Origin: an uncultured virus (IMG/VR IMGVR_UViG_3300037487_002113) | Lineage: Duplodnaviria > Heunggongvirae > Uroviricota > Caudoviricetes | Length of the DNA: 64,000 nt | IMG/VR virus record: IMGVR_UViG_3300037487_002113 | Direction: 5' to 3' (one strand) | Shown here: positions 36,241 to 46,293 of the stretch, in pieces | Position numbering within the stretch: the stretch's first letter is position 1 | Layout of the letters: each line of letters opens with the position of its first letter | Notes under the pieces: model-generated | What the model saw: only the letters and a program-made list of their open reading frames with translations | The model's database searches: none | Told to the model about the DNA's origin: nothing | Position numbers and translations under genes: made by a program

Positions 36241-37395
36241 ATGAAGACGGAAACGACGACGCCCACCACGGGCGCCGGTGGTACGGTTCTACCCTCGTCC
36301 GAGCAGAAGGGCCTTGCAATCCAATCGGGGGGAGGGTCCATGGTGGACGGGGCGCACGGGATGGGCGATTACACGCCGCAGGGCGTGTTCGCCAGCGCGG
36401 GACTGATCGTTCCTCCCGTGTCCCCGGAGCAGGTGCGAGGCCTGTTCCAGATGCGCCAGTCGTACTACACGGCGCTGCTCGACCCCGCGCACGACTTTCT
36501 CTACTCGGTGTCCTACACCGAGCAGGGCAAGCCGCGCGAGTACATGACGACGAACCTGAAGTCGGCGCAGTTGTTCGCCGACACCTACAAGGCCACCTAC
36601 AAGGCTCGACCGCGCAAGAGCGGCGTCGAGAAGCTCGCGGAGTCTCTCGGCATCCAGGGTGAGATCGTGGAGTCTCGCGGACTGCCGGCCGAGAAGAACG
36701 AGGACTACGCGCTCGTCCGCTACAAGGCGACGCACCTCAAGACGGGGCGCGTGGCCTACGGCGTCGGCTGGTGCGACACGAAGGAGCGCCCGAACATGAC
36801 GAAGCACGCGCTGATTGCGACGGCTGACAGCCGTAGCTTCTCGCGCGCGGTGCTCCGGCTCATCGGCTACGGCGAGGTCGGCGCGGAAGAGATCCTCGCT
36901 GGCATCACCGACGACGTCGACGTGGTCATCGACACGGCGCCCCCGGCCGCAACCTTCGGACAGACGGCCCCCGTGGCCGCCGCTGCCGTCGCGCGGGCCA
37001 TCGTGTCCACCAGCGGCAAGGCAACGGCGCAGGCGGTGGACGGGGCCATTACGAGCCGCACGACGGAGACGCCCAAGGCGGACCCGGTCGCCGTCGACCC
37101 GGACGAGAAGCCCGTGCACATCGAATGGGCCGAGCGCAAGGAACACCAGTTCGCGGAGGACGGCTTCAGCATGGACGTCATCCGCTCCAAGGACCCCGCG
37201 GCGCCGAAGCTGACCACCGCTCAGTGCGCGGACTTCAGCAAGCAGCTGGTGGAGGCCTTCGAGGGCGACAAGGGGCTCGCTAAGCGCTTTCTGCGCCAGC
37301 ACGCGGGAGTCAACAGCACGACTGAGCTGAAGGTCGACCAGACCGACAAGCTCACGAGCCGACTCAAGTACATCACCACTGGCATCCCGTTCTGA
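36241..37395 (+). CDS. Putative single-strand annealing recombinase (Rad52/Sak-like) with low-complexity C-terminal part
   Basis: KSG.EKL...G.G.C...E.....TA.SR...RAVL pattern; context with Gp157 and DUF669. Confidence 0.55.
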   Translation: MKTETTTPTTGAGGTVLPSSEQKGLAIQSGGGSMVDGAHGMGDYTPQGVFASAGLIVPPVSPEQVRGLFQMRQSYYTALLDPAHDFLYSVSYTEQGKPREYMTTNLKSAQLFADTYKATYKARPRKSGVEKLAESLGIQGEIVESRGLPAEKNEDYALVRYKATHLKTGRVAYGVGWCDTKERPNMTKHALIATADSRSFSRAVLRLIGYGEVGAEEILAGITDDVDVVIDTAPPAATFGQTAPVAAAAVARAIVSTSGKATAQAVDGAITSRTTETPKADPVAVDPDEKPVHIEWAERKEHQFAEDGFSMDVIRSKDPAAPKLTTAQCADFSKQLVEAFEGDKGLAKRFLRQHAGVNSTTELKVDQTDKLTSRLKYITTGIPF

Positions 37396-37423
37396 TCAGC
37401 CGACCATCAAGGAGACAAGACAC

Positions 37424-37909
37424 ATGAGCGACCTGAACTTTCGATACGGCGGACGAGACCTCAACAGCCCCGAGGCTGGCAACGCACCGACGCGGGAGGT
37501 GCTGCCGAAGGGCAAGTACGTCTGCAAGATCGTCGACATCAAGGCGGGGCTGACGAAGCAGACGCCTCCGCAACCCAAGATGGTTGTGGAGTTCATGGTG
37601 CTGACTGACGAGTCGGGCTCCCGCGCCATGTCCGGCAAGCGCGTCTTCCAGGACTACATGCTGAATCCCGAGGTCCGGGGAGACGGCAACGACTTCCAGA
37701 CGTACCGGCTGCGCGGGCTGCTCAGCGCCTGCCAGGTGCCGGTTGTCAGCAACCAGTTCGACGCGCAGCCGATGATTGGGCAGGACGTGCTGGTCACCGT
37801 CACGCACCGCTTCGGCAACCCTGGCCCCGACGGTAAGATCCCGACGTTCACGAACGTCGAGACCGTAGACCGCGTCGCCGGGGCGGGTGACGCTGGAGAC
37901 ATCCTGTGA
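37424..37909 (+). CDS. DUF669-family (SSB-like OB-fold) protein
   Basis: LPKGKY.CKI.D......M.VEF.V....GK.VF. Confidence 0.75.
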   Translation: MSDLNFRYGGRDLNSPEAGNAPTREVLPKGKYVCKIVDIKAGLTKQTPPQPKMVVEFMVLTDESGSRAMSGKRVFQDYMLNPEVRGDGNDFQTYRLRGLLSACQVPVVSNQFDAQPMIGQDVLVTVTHRFGNPGPDGKIPTFTNVETVDRVAGAGDAGDIL

Positions 37910-38361
37910 GCGACCGCGACCAAGAGATCGCGCTGCTGCTGCGCAACCTTCTGAGCGTGCGCGACCTCGCCGAGGAGCTGCGCATGCTTTGCCTCAGCGA
38001 AAGCGCGGGCGGGTGGGAGCACAAGCACAACGCCGTACTGTCCGCGCACGAGATGATGCAGGGGGCCACTGAGGCGGCACGGCGCCTGTTCCCGGCCCAC
38101 CAGCAAGCTGTCTGCCCGTTCATGCTGAGCGCGTCCGCGGCGCTCGGCGCGTCGGGGATTCTGTTCAGCAGGTACGATGCGCTGGTGGCCACGGTGGCGG
38201 GGGACCTTGTGGACCCTGGCCACTTCCGAGTCATCCAGAAGCACTCCGAGTCATCCCGCCGAGTCATCGGCGGGCTGGCTCGCGAGGTGCGCGAGGCGAC
38301 GCACATCGCGCAGTTTCTCATCAACCGAATCGACGGGGTGCGCCATGCCAAGCCTGCGTGA
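37906..38361 (+). CDS. Hypothetical protein
   Basis: GTGA overlap, GGAG RBS. Confidence 0.65.
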   Translation: MSDRDQEIALLLRNLLSVRDLAEELRMLCLSESAGGWEHKHNAVLSAHEMMQGATEAARRLFPAHQQAVCPFMLSASAALGASGILFSRYDALVATVAGDLVDPGHFRVIQKHSESSRRVIGGLAREVREATHIAQFLINRIDGVRHAKPA

Positions 38362-38683
38362 CATGGCCACGATCGTGCGGCAGAGGTATCCGGAGGACGC
38401 CGATGCCATCGAGCTGGAGCACGCGGCTGCTGGCGTCTGTGCGAGCGCGCGAGATCTAGTCGATGCCATCGACACCGCGGCTCGCGAGGAGTCCGTGTAC
38501 CGTTTCATGGTTGCCGCGCTAGCCGATCCTGGCCGCCAGGAAGGGCCCGACGGCGACGATGAGATTCGTCAGGCAGGAGATGACGCCGTCTCGCAGGGAG
38601 AGATCGCCGACGCCGCCGCTCGCGAGGCGGAGTCGGCTGGTCGCGAGCTGGCCATGAAGATCCTTCGCCACGCGGACGTCTGA
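38345..38683 (+). CDS. Hypothetical protein
   Basis: Coupled ORF. Confidence 0.6.
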   Translation: MPSLRDMATIVRQRYPEDADAIELEHAAAGVCASARDLVDAIDTAAREESVYRFMVAALADPGRQEGPDGDDEIRQAGDDAVSQGEIADAAAREAESAGRELAMKILRHADV

Positions 38684-38684
38684 C

Positions 38685-41600
38685 TTGGCCATCTTCACCA
38701 TCGGCGGAGGGCCACCTGCAGGCCCTCCGCCCGGCGGCGGACCACCCAGCACCCCACCCAGCGCCCCGCCCACCGGCGGCACCGTCACCGGCCTGCTGCG
38801 CCCAGACCGTGACTACCAGCGCGAGGCCATCGACCGCGTGTTCGGCGACTGGTCCAACGGGCACAAGAGCTTGCTGCTGGTACTACCTTGCGGAGCCGGA
38901 AAGACCATCGTCAGCGCGGACATCATCCGTCGCACGGTACAGCAGACGTCGCAGAAGACGATCTTCATGGCCCACCGCGCCGAGCTGCTCCACCAGTCGC
39001 GCGACAAAATCCACCTGGTCGCGCCGCAGCTCTCTGTCGGCATCGTCCAGGCCGAAAAGGACAACCTGCAGCGTCAGGTGACCATCGCCAGCGTGCAGAC
39101 GCTGATGAACGAGAAGCGTCTTCAACGCGTACTGCAGCACGGGCCGTACTCACTGCTCGTCGTCGACGAATGCTTTCCGTCAGGGACCATGGTCGGTGGA
39201 ACCGCGATCGAAGATCTGCGCGTTGGGTCGTCGGTGCCCAGCTTTGACGAGACGACTGGTCGCGCTTGTCAAGGTCGTGTTGTGCGAGTGTTTCGCAGTG
39301 CGCCGCACGGCATGGTACGCGTGCATTTTAGTGGCATGCCGCCAGTCGCATGCACTCCTGGGCACCCGTTCTTCACCTCCCGCGGATGGATCGCAGCAGG
39401 CCTACTGACCAGCGATGACGCGGTGTTAGGAGCTTATCGATGGCGCCACGCACCATGGGGTGAGAGCTGCGATCGACACGAAGAAGACGACGCTTTTGAG
39501 TGGACTCGGGTGGACCGTGTTGAGATTCTCGAACAGAGCGGTGACGGAACGTTTGGAGGAGTGTGTCCAGACGGTTTTGTCTACAATCTCGAAGTCGCAG
39601 GGACTCATACCTACGTAGCTGGCGGGTACGTTGTCCACAACTGTCATCACGCGGCCTCGCCATCGTGGATGAAGGTCATTCACAACATGCGCGCGCAGAA
39701 CCCGGCGATGCGCATCCTCGGGCTCACGGCCACGCCTGGGCGCTCGGACGGGCTCGGGCTCGACGGACTGTTCGAGAAGATCTCGTACACGAAGTCCACC
39801 CTTGAACTCATCGAGGAAAAGTACCTCGTCTACCCGCGCGCGTTCAGGGTCAACCTCAACATCGACCTCGACGTCGTCGGGACGAAGGCCGGCGACGGCG
39901 ACAAGGACTTCAAGGACGGCGACCTCGCCAAGCTGATGGTCCAGCAACCGGTGCTCGACGCCACGTTCGCGGCCTACCAGAAGTACGGCGAAGGCCGCAC
40001 GATGATCGGCTTCAGCGTCACCGTAGAGCACGCACGCCTGCTCGCCGAGACGTTCACGAAGGGCGGCGTCAACTCGTCGTTCGTCGCAGGCGACACCAAG
40101 ATGGACGACCGGCAGGCGCTGTACGCCGACTTCCGGGCCGGCAAACTGCGCCTGCTGTTTTCGTGCGGCGTGCTCTGCCTCGACGAACAGACCGAAATCC
40201 TCACTGACCGTGGGTGGGTAGGACATCGCGAAATGACCTACCGGCATCGCGTGGCCAACTGGCAAGAAGGCAAAGTAACCTTTGTCGAGCCGCAAGAAAT
40301 CGTCATTCGCCATCGCGAAGAGTCTGAGGCGATGTACGTCTTGGAAACGCCTCGGCGAAGCATCCGTGTTACATCACGGCACCGAATGCTGTACCGCACG
40401 CTCGCGGGCGGCGCGTGGAAGAAGAAGCCTGTCGACGAAGTTGCCGATCGCGTGATCGAACTGCCGACGTGTGGCGATGCCGCGCCGTTCGACGTGGCAA
40501 TACCAGTGCACGGACCTATGCCGCCCCACGTACGACGGCGTGCTATTTCATCAAACGCATACAACCTACGCAAACGCGAAAAGTACGAGTGGGACGAGTC
40601 GTTTGTCGAAGCGGCGCGCCGCGTCGACCGGCGCCATGGGCTGTATTACGTGGCGCCGCAGAAGCTAAGTCTTGACCAGTGCCGTCTTATCGGGTTTTGG
40701 ATCGGCGATGGGACCCGAGGCGACCTGCAAAGCGGCGGCGTGGAATACAGCCTTAGCCAGGCGCTCGTTTACCCCGCGATCATCGCGTGGGTCGACGGCA
40801 TTGTTGAGCGATGCGGATACCACGTTGTTCGACGCGACAGGTCCGACGACACAGTCTGCCCGCATGTTAGATGGTCATTCGGCCGTGGGACCGGCGGCGG
40901 AAGCCAAGAGCGCCATGGTCTGTTCGAGATCGAGCCATACCTGAACAAGGACGGATGCGAATGGCTATGGGGACTCGACGATTCCCAGTTCGCCGCGCTA
41001 GTTGAAGGGTGGTGGTACGCCGACGGCGATCACGGGAAAGGGCTGCGGGTGCCTGCTGTGCTCCGTATTTCCAGTACGAACAGACGACTGCTGGACCTCG
41101 TCCAAGCAATCGCTGCCGTCCGCGGTTGGACTTGCACGGTCAGCGGTGGAAAGACCCGCAACCCACTACACGCGCCGCTTTTCAAGATTCACCTATCACG
41201 CCATCGCAGCCATAAAACGAGCGGAGTGCGGTCGCACTGCCGTATCCAGCGAGAAGCGACGCCATGGCGCAACGAGCTGGTCTGGTGCGTCAAGACAGAC
41301 ACGAAGAACATCATCACGCGCCGGCGAGGAACGGTCACCGTGATGGGCAACACGGAAGGCTTCGACGAGCCATCGGCGGGAGGCGTGCTGCTCGCGCGGC
41401 CCACGATGAGCCAGTCGCTGTTCATCCAGATGGTCGGCAGAGGTCTGCGGCCATACCCGACGAAGTCCGAGTGCATCGTCATCGACTGCGCGGGCAACAC
41501 GCGCAAGCACGCCATCGTGCAGATGTCGACGCTCGCGGGCTTCGAGCAGTTCGACGCGATGAAGAAGGACGAGCCGACCATCCCGCGCGAGGTGGGCGAC

Positions 41601-42374
41601 GAGCGGTCCGTGGTCGCCAACGGCACGGACATGTACGGCAACGAGGTCCGCATCACGGACGTGCGCGGCTCGACGCGCGAGTCGACGTACACCTGGCGCC
41701 AGACCGACTACGGCTACGCCCTGATGATCCCCAAGGTGGGCTACTACCTCGTCGCTAACGACAAGGGCGACCCCACGACCGCGAACATCCGGTTCTACGA
41801 CACGCGCAAGACGGTCGACGGACGCCCGGCCCCGCCGAGGTCCATCACCGACAAGCCCATCGACTGCAACCTCGCCTACGGCCTCGTCGAGTCCGAGGCC
41901 AAGCGCATGCTGCGCGCCGCCATGCGAGCAGCGAACGAGAAGCGCCCGACGACGAGCCAGCATCCCGACAAGCAGCTCTCGTTCGACGCGCATCTCTCCA
42001 AGATCGTCGACAACTTGGAGCCGCTCCTCGACGATGGTATCGAAGACGAGCCCATCGACGAGCACATCCTGATGTCGCGCACCGCGCGCTGGCGGGACGG
42101 GCCTCGCACCGAGGCGCAGACGAAACTGCTTGCGAAGCTCGGCACGAAGGTAGACAACATGCCGACGACCGCAGGCGAGGCGTCGGACCTCATCGGCATC
42201 GCTTCCGTCGAGAAACACCAGAAGTCCGTGCAGATGCACGGAGATCCCGCGACCCCGAAGCAGCGCTGGTTCCTGCGCATCAACGGCATCCCGCACGACG
42301 CTGACGTGAACAAGGCGGAGGCAGCGAAGCTCATCTACAAGCACCGCATCAAGACGCGCTCGTCCGCACATTGA
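38685..42374 (+). CDS. SF2 DExH helicase (ResIII/RadD-like) with two inteins
   Basis: RDYQ, PCGAGKT, HRAEL, DE|CHH, GLTATP, L|TEGFD, QMVGRGLR. Confidence 0.95.
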   Translation: MAIFTIGGGPPAGPPPGGGPPSTPPSAPPTGGTVTGLLRPDRDYQREAIDRVFGDWSNGHKSLLLVLPCGAGKTIVSADIIRRTVQQTSQKTIFMAHRAELLHQSRDKIHLVAPQLSVGIVQAEKDNLQRQVTIASVQTLMNEKRLQRVLQHGPYSLLVVDECFPSGTMVGGTAIEDLRVGSSVPSFDETTGRACQGRVVRVFRSAPHGMVRVHFSGMPPVACTPGHPFFTSRGWIAAGLLTSDDAVLGAYRWRHAPWGESCDRHEEDDAFEWTRVDRVEILEQSGDGTFGGVCPDGFVYNLEVAGTHTYVAGGYVVHNCHHAASPSWMKVIHNMRAQNPAMRILGLTATPGRSDGLGLDGLFEKISYTKSTLELIEEKYLVYPRAFRVNLNIDLDVVGTKAGDGDKDFKDGDLAKLMVQQPVLDATFAAYQKYGEGRTMIGFSVTVEHARLLAETFTKGGVNSSFVAGDTKMDDRQALYADFRAGKLRLLFSCGVLCLDEQTEILTDRGWVGHREMTYRHRVANWQEGKVTFVEPQEIVIRHREESEAMYVLETPRRSIRVTSRHRMLYRTLAGGAWKKKPVDEVADRVIELPTCGDAAPFDVAIPVHGPMPPHVRRRAISSNAYNLRKREKYEWDESFVEAARRVDRRHGLYYVAPQKLSLDQCRLIGFWIGDGTRGDLQSGGVEYSLSQALVYPAIIAWVDGIVERCGYHVVRRDRSDDTVCPHVRWSFGRGTGGGSQERHGLFEIEPYLNKDGCEWLWGLDDSQFAALVEGWWYADGDHGKGLRVPAVLRISSTNRRLLDLVQAIAAVRGWTCTVSGGKTRNPLHAPLFKIHLSRHRSHKTSGVRSHCRIQREATPWRNELVWCVKTDTKNIITRRRGTVTVMGNTEGFDEPSAGGVLLARPTMSQSLFIQMVGRGLRPYPTKSECIVIDCAGNTRKHAIVQMSTLAGFEQFDAMKKDEPTIPREVGDERSVVANGTDMYGNEVRITDVRGSTRESTYTWRQTDYGYALMIPKVGYYLVANDKGDPTTANIRFYDTRKTVDGRPAPPRSITDKPIDCNLAYGLVESEAKRMLRAAMRAANEKRPTTSQHPDKQLSFDAHLSKIVDNLEPLLDDGIEDEPIDEHILMSRTARWRDGPRTEAQTKLLAKLGTKVDNMPTTAGEASDLIGIASVEKHQKSVQMHGDPATPKQRWFLRINGIPHDADVNKAEAAKLIYKHRIKTRSSAH
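39171..39641 (+). mobile_element. Mini-intein (157 aa, no endonuclease) in helicase motif II
   Basis: Starts CFPSGT, block B CTPGHPF, ends VYNLEV...VVHN/C. Confidence 0.95.
40176..41351 (+). mobile_element. Intein (392 aa) with LAGLIDADG homing endonuclease in helicase motif V
   Basis: Starts CLDEQTEILT, VTSRHRM, LIGFWIGDG, LVEGWWYADG, ends VWCV...VMGN/T. Confidence 0.93.
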
Positions 42375-42380
42375 AACGAC

Positions 42381-42418
42381 GAGGGCTCGGCCGCCTGACC
42401 GCGACCGAGCCCTCTTTC
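42381..42418 (+). terminator. Hairpin + TTTC
   Basis: GAGGGCTCGG...CCGAGCCCTC followed by TTTC. Confidence 0.6.
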
Positions 42419-42450
42419 ACCAATCGTCTACCGCCAGGCAGCGAACAGGT

Positions 42451-43608
42451 ATGTCGAATATACTCTCGTCTTTTGAGGCAGTCAATGCCGTATCGTCGGA
42501 CGTCCAGCGTAAGGTAGACCTGTTTCGGCGCGCGTTTGTGGGCGCCGACCACGTGTACGCCATCCGCACGGCGACCGGCTGGCAGCCGGTGCACACTCGG
42601 CTGCGCGACAAGGACATCGTAGACCACCTGCGGGGTCGGATTGAGATCGGCTCGTACCCGATCCTTGAGTCACGCGACCAGGGCGGGTGGCCCATGTGCC
42701 GCTGGATTGGGGCAGACTTCGACGGGAAGCGCCCAGGGACCAGCTGGGAGCCCGACGCGCTGCGCGCCATGCAGTTCTTTGGCGAGGCGCCCGTCGTCTT
42801 CAACATGAGCCGCTCCGGGAAGGGGGCGCACATCCGAGCGCTCTTCTCTGAGCCGGTGCCAACCTGGCTTGCTCGCCGCTGGATGCTCGCCTGGCTGGAG
42901 GAGTCGGGTGTGACTCGGGCTGACGGCGACGAGGAGATGCCGACCTCGTTCGACCGGTGCATCCCGTCGCAGGACGACCTTGGCCGAGAGAAGATCGGAA
43001 GCCTCCTCGGATGCCCGCTCAACTCCGACCGCATGACCCAGACAGGAACCGGAACCCTGCTGCTGTCCGCGGAGGCTGCCTCGCAGAGGGGGCGCGTGGA
43101 GGTGGTCGAGGTAGATCAGCACTGGGGATACCTCGAATCGCTCATCGCGCGCGCCTGGTCGCGCACGCAGCTCGAAGCGGCCGTAGTCGAATCGTCCTGC
43201 GTGCTCGGGCTGTCGGTGCCTCCAAAGCGCTCGGATACGATGCACCTGAACGTCATCGCGGACGAGAGCCTGCTGCACTTCTCGGCGAGCTTCTGCGAGT
43301 TTCTGAAGTGGTGCGCGTCGCACCCTTCGATGGTCGGTTACGAGGCGTGGGTTGCTCTCGCGGCGAACCTGCACACGTTCGGTGGCGCTGGCAGAGACCT
43401 GTTCCATTCGCTGAGCGCGCTCGACCGCTCTCGATACAACGCCGACGCGACCGAGTGGAAGTGGCAGAGCACCGCCGACCTCGGCCCGGTGCGCTGCGAC
43501 ACGATCGGCAAGCTCGGGTTCCGTTGCCCCCATCTCGGCACGCCGCGCTGCGGCGGCGCCGTCACGCCAGCTCATTTCCACCACTGGACAAGGTACGAGC
43601 CCATCTGA
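42451..43608 (+). CDS. Archaeo-eukaryotic primase (TOTE-type AEP) with C-terminal PriCT/PriL-like Cys domain
   Basis: HL.G...IG.YP, ADFD, SRSGKGAH, P.QD....G.L...P; Y.AW...C..I...CP..C. Confidence 0.82.
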   Translation: MSNILSSFEAVNAVSSDVQRKVDLFRRAFVGADHVYAIRTATGWQPVHTRLRDKDIVDHLRGRIEIGSYPILESRDQGGWPMCRWIGADFDGKRPGTSWEPDALRAMQFFGEAPVVFNMSRSGKGAHIRALFSEPVPTWLARRWMLAWLEESGVTRADGDEEMPTSFDRCIPSQDDLGREKIGSLLGCPLNSDRMTQTGTGTLLLSAEAASQRGRVEVVEVDQHWGYLESLIARAWSRTQLEAAVVESSCVLGLSVPPKRSDTMHLNVIADESLLHFSASFCEFLKWCASHPSMVGYEAWVALAANLHTFGGAGRDLFHSLSALDRSRYNADATEWKWQSTADLGPVRCDTIGKLGFRCPHLGTPRCGGAVTPAHFHHWTRYEPI

Positions 43609-43653
43609 TGATGAACGCAATCATCGACGGTCAGATCTCTGGACCCATCAAGA

Positions 43654-45999
43654 ATGGCATCCGCCGACATGAGTGACGCCGGCGACGAACTCCGCGGCCT
43701 GCTGGACGACGACGTCGACGACGACGGTGACGTGGACATCCGTACGCGCGTTCTCGCATTGGCTGCAGCGATGCCTGCGCCCATCGCGGCGCATCTGCCG
43801 TTCATCGACGCGGCCAACAAGCTCAAGAGCAGCCTGCTCGATCGCGTCGGGGACCTCATCGCTGGCCGCAATGCGGGTATCCTGCTCACTGGAAGCGCCG
43901 GCGTCGGCAAGACCGAGTCGATGCTCGCTGCTGCGGAGGCGATGCTCGACCGCGAACAGGTCGTCGTATGGGCGGCTCCGACGATCGAGATGGCACGCGA
44001 AACGGAGGAACGCGCATCCCGCCGTCGCATCCAAGGCATCGTACTGCACGGGCGCAACGCGTCGACATGCGACTATATGGACAAAGTTCTTGTCTCGCGC
44101 GCCGAGGGCTACGCCCCAGGCGTATACGTGTGCCCGTCGTGCCCCAGGCATCCGGACAATCTCGCGGGGCAGATGATGGAGCTGAACACCTGCGAGCACT
44201 ACCGCAGGCTCTCCAGCGCGCGTCGCGCCATCAAGCGCGCGAAGGACACGAAGACCCGCCTGCCACTCGTCATCACAACGTACGAGAACGCCATCGCCGG
44301 GCTCAGCCATGCAGCTGGAAGCCGGCAGGGAGACATCTGGAAGACGAAGCAGGTATTCTTCGACGAAGACCCGTCGCGCGCCATGCGCGAGCGCGCGGTT
44401 CTATCTGACAGCGATCTCACGCGCACCCCGCGAGAAGAATATCCCTCCAACCTCCTGCGCATCCTTTCCAGGGCAAAAGCGATCGTCTCCGACAGGCAGC
44501 AGGCCTCCGCCGCCGTGATGAGCGGCTTATCAGTCAGGCCGGCGACAGCGAGCACCTCCCACGACGCCAGCGACATCTGTTTCGCAGGGGCCCGACTTCG
44601 AGACGTTCTTCTGTCGGCCGCCGACGATCTGTCGCCCGACAAGAATAACCCGCTCGACCTCGAAACTTGCCTAGCGCGTTGCGGCGAATGGGCGCCGAGC
44701 ATCGGCAAGGGTGGCCTGTTTAGCGTAAGCCAAGATCGGCAGAAATACATCGTCAACGCGTTTTTGCCAAAGTTTGCGGAAGCTCTTCATGACGAGTATA
44801 CGCGCGCCTACCTCGGCAGCGACGGCACGTACTCTGTGCGCCTGGAACGCAACGGCGAGGGAGAGTGGCAGTACATCCTCGATCGTCTCGTGCCGTTCAG
44901 CGGGGAGAACAACGTCATCATCGGAGACGCATACGCCGACCGGGGTTTCGTCGAGGCGATGTTCGGAGTCAATCACAAGGCCGGCGGCCGTACCATGCTA
45001 ACCATTGACGTGCGCGTCGCCTTGCCAGACAACGTGCGCGTCTTTCGTAGCACGAGCGCGAAGGCCACGAAGCGCTTCCTGCACGTCAAAGAGCTGTTGC
45101 ACCACCTGCTCGACACCGAAGTGAGCACCGTCTTGCAGGCCGAGGCGGGGAGGCGCGTGCTCGTCTACACGCAGAAGGGACACAAGAAGAACGTCGAGGA
45201 TTGGTTCGCCGCAAACGACGCCACGTACCAGCTCGCGGAGATCGCTTTCGAGCACTATTGGAGCGGACGCGGCAAGGACCAGTACAAGCACTTCGACACC
45301 ATCGTCTGCATCGGTGAGCCGGTGCCGAACCTGCTCGGGCTCGTGCACGAAGCGAACGCTCTGCACCCAGGAGAAGATGCCATCGCCTGGAGCCCAGACA
45401 GCAAGAAGATCCACACCCAGGACAACCGCCTGGCACGCGTCTGGAACATGCTTGCCGTCCAAGAACTGAGCCAGGCGCTCATGCGCATCCGACCCGGCAT
45501 GCAGTCGACGACCGACAAGCGCATGTACATCTTCGGCAAGCAGGTCGACTTGCCCATCGACTTCATCCATGCGCTCCACTGGAACGGGAAGACGTCGGTG
45601 TCGGGCGACGCCAAGCTCCAAGAGGGCGATCTCATGCCGCTCTCGCCGGAGCAGGTCCGCGACTACATCCTCTGGGTCTTCCGGGTTGCCGGCTGCTGGT
45701 GCAACCCCTTCCTCGCCAGCCTCAGCAAGCGGGGGGCCGCGGACGCGCCGACGAACGGCATCAGCGGCCCCATCGAGGACCTTCTGCGCCCGTCACCTCA
45801 CCTCATGGAGCACTCGCAGTGGCTCCGAAAGCAGTGGGGCGTTCGGCGCGGAATCGAACTGTCCGAACCCGCGTTGCCGCCGTCGGCCCCGCTCCGAACC
45901 TCCTGGATGACGAAGCTCGGACACCCCGTCCAGGTGTTCGGGGATGTATCACGAGCGTCGCAGCTGCTTGAGCTTTTGTACAAGCCGGAGGCTTCGTGA
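43654..45999 (+). CDS. Replication-associated SF2 helicase-like protein with putative Fe-S cluster
   Basis: GSAGVGKT, WAAPT, four-Cys region (C..C.SC..C), FFDE, RG.D, Q...R.RP. Confidence 0.7.
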   Translation: MASADMSDAGDELRGLLDDDVDDDGDVDIRTRVLALAAAMPAPIAAHLPFIDAANKLKSSLLDRVGDLIAGRNAGILLTGSAGVGKTESMLAAAEAMLDREQVVVWAAPTIEMARETEERASRRRIQGIVLHGRNASTCDYMDKVLVSRAEGYAPGVYVCPSCPRHPDNLAGQMMELNTCEHYRRLSSARRAIKRAKDTKTRLPLVITTYENAIAGLSHAAGSRQGDIWKTKQVFFDEDPSRAMRERAVLSDSDLTRTPREEYPSNLLRILSRAKAIVSDRQQASAAVMSGLSVRPATASTSHDASDICFAGARLRDVLLSAADDLSPDKNNPLDLETCLARCGEWAPSIGKGGLFSVSQDRQKYIVNAFLPKFAEALHDEYTRAYLGSDGTYSVRLERNGEGEWQYILDRLVPFSGENNVIIGDAYADRGFVEAMFGVNHKAGGRTMLTIDVRVALPDNVRVFRSTSAKATKRFLHVKELLHHLLDTEVSTVLQAEAGRRVLVYTQKGHKKNVEDWFAANDATYQLAEIAFEHYWSGRGKDQYKHFDTIVCIGEPVPNLLGLVHEANALHPGEDAIAWSPDSKKIHTQDNRLARVWNMLAVQELSQALMRIRPGMQSTTDKRMYIFGKQVDLPIDFIHALHWNGKTSVSGDAKLQEGDLMPLSPEQVRDYILWVFRVAGCWCNPFLASLSKRGAADAPTNGISGPIEDLLRPSPHLMEHSQWLRKQWGVRRGIELSEPALPPSAPLRTSWMTKLGHPVQVFGDVSRASQLLELLYKPEAS

Positions 46000-46150
46000 A
46001 AGACACTTGCCTCGCTCAAACAGCCTCCCGACCAGCGGCTCAGGGCACCTCAGATTCGTTGCTCACCTCACCAATCCGAGACGTGAACCTAGATTTCGGC
46101 CGCTTGACTTGGTGTTTTGGGCTACATCGCAAACTGAGCAATTTCACGAA

Positions 46151-46192
46151 GTTGCGTTTCCTCTAAATCCTAAGAGATAGAGCAAACGCAAC
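46151..46192. other. Inverted repeat in AT-rich intergenic region, candidate replication origin
   Basis: GTTGCGTTT.CTCTA...TAGAG.AAACGCAAC in the AT-richest stretch, directly after the primase/helicase genes. Confidence 0.45.
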
Positions 46193-46293
46193 ATTGCGTA
46201 ATCATTGAGCTTTTTCGTAACCCCTTGATATTGTTCACTTCACGTCTTCATGTCACCCCAGCCTCTAGCTCGCCCCGAACTGAGAACACACCT

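Noticed and set aside
38685..38790. Pro/Gly-rich helicase N-terminus as a separate feature
   Set aside because: Low-complexity extension with an uncertain TTG start. No function can be supported.
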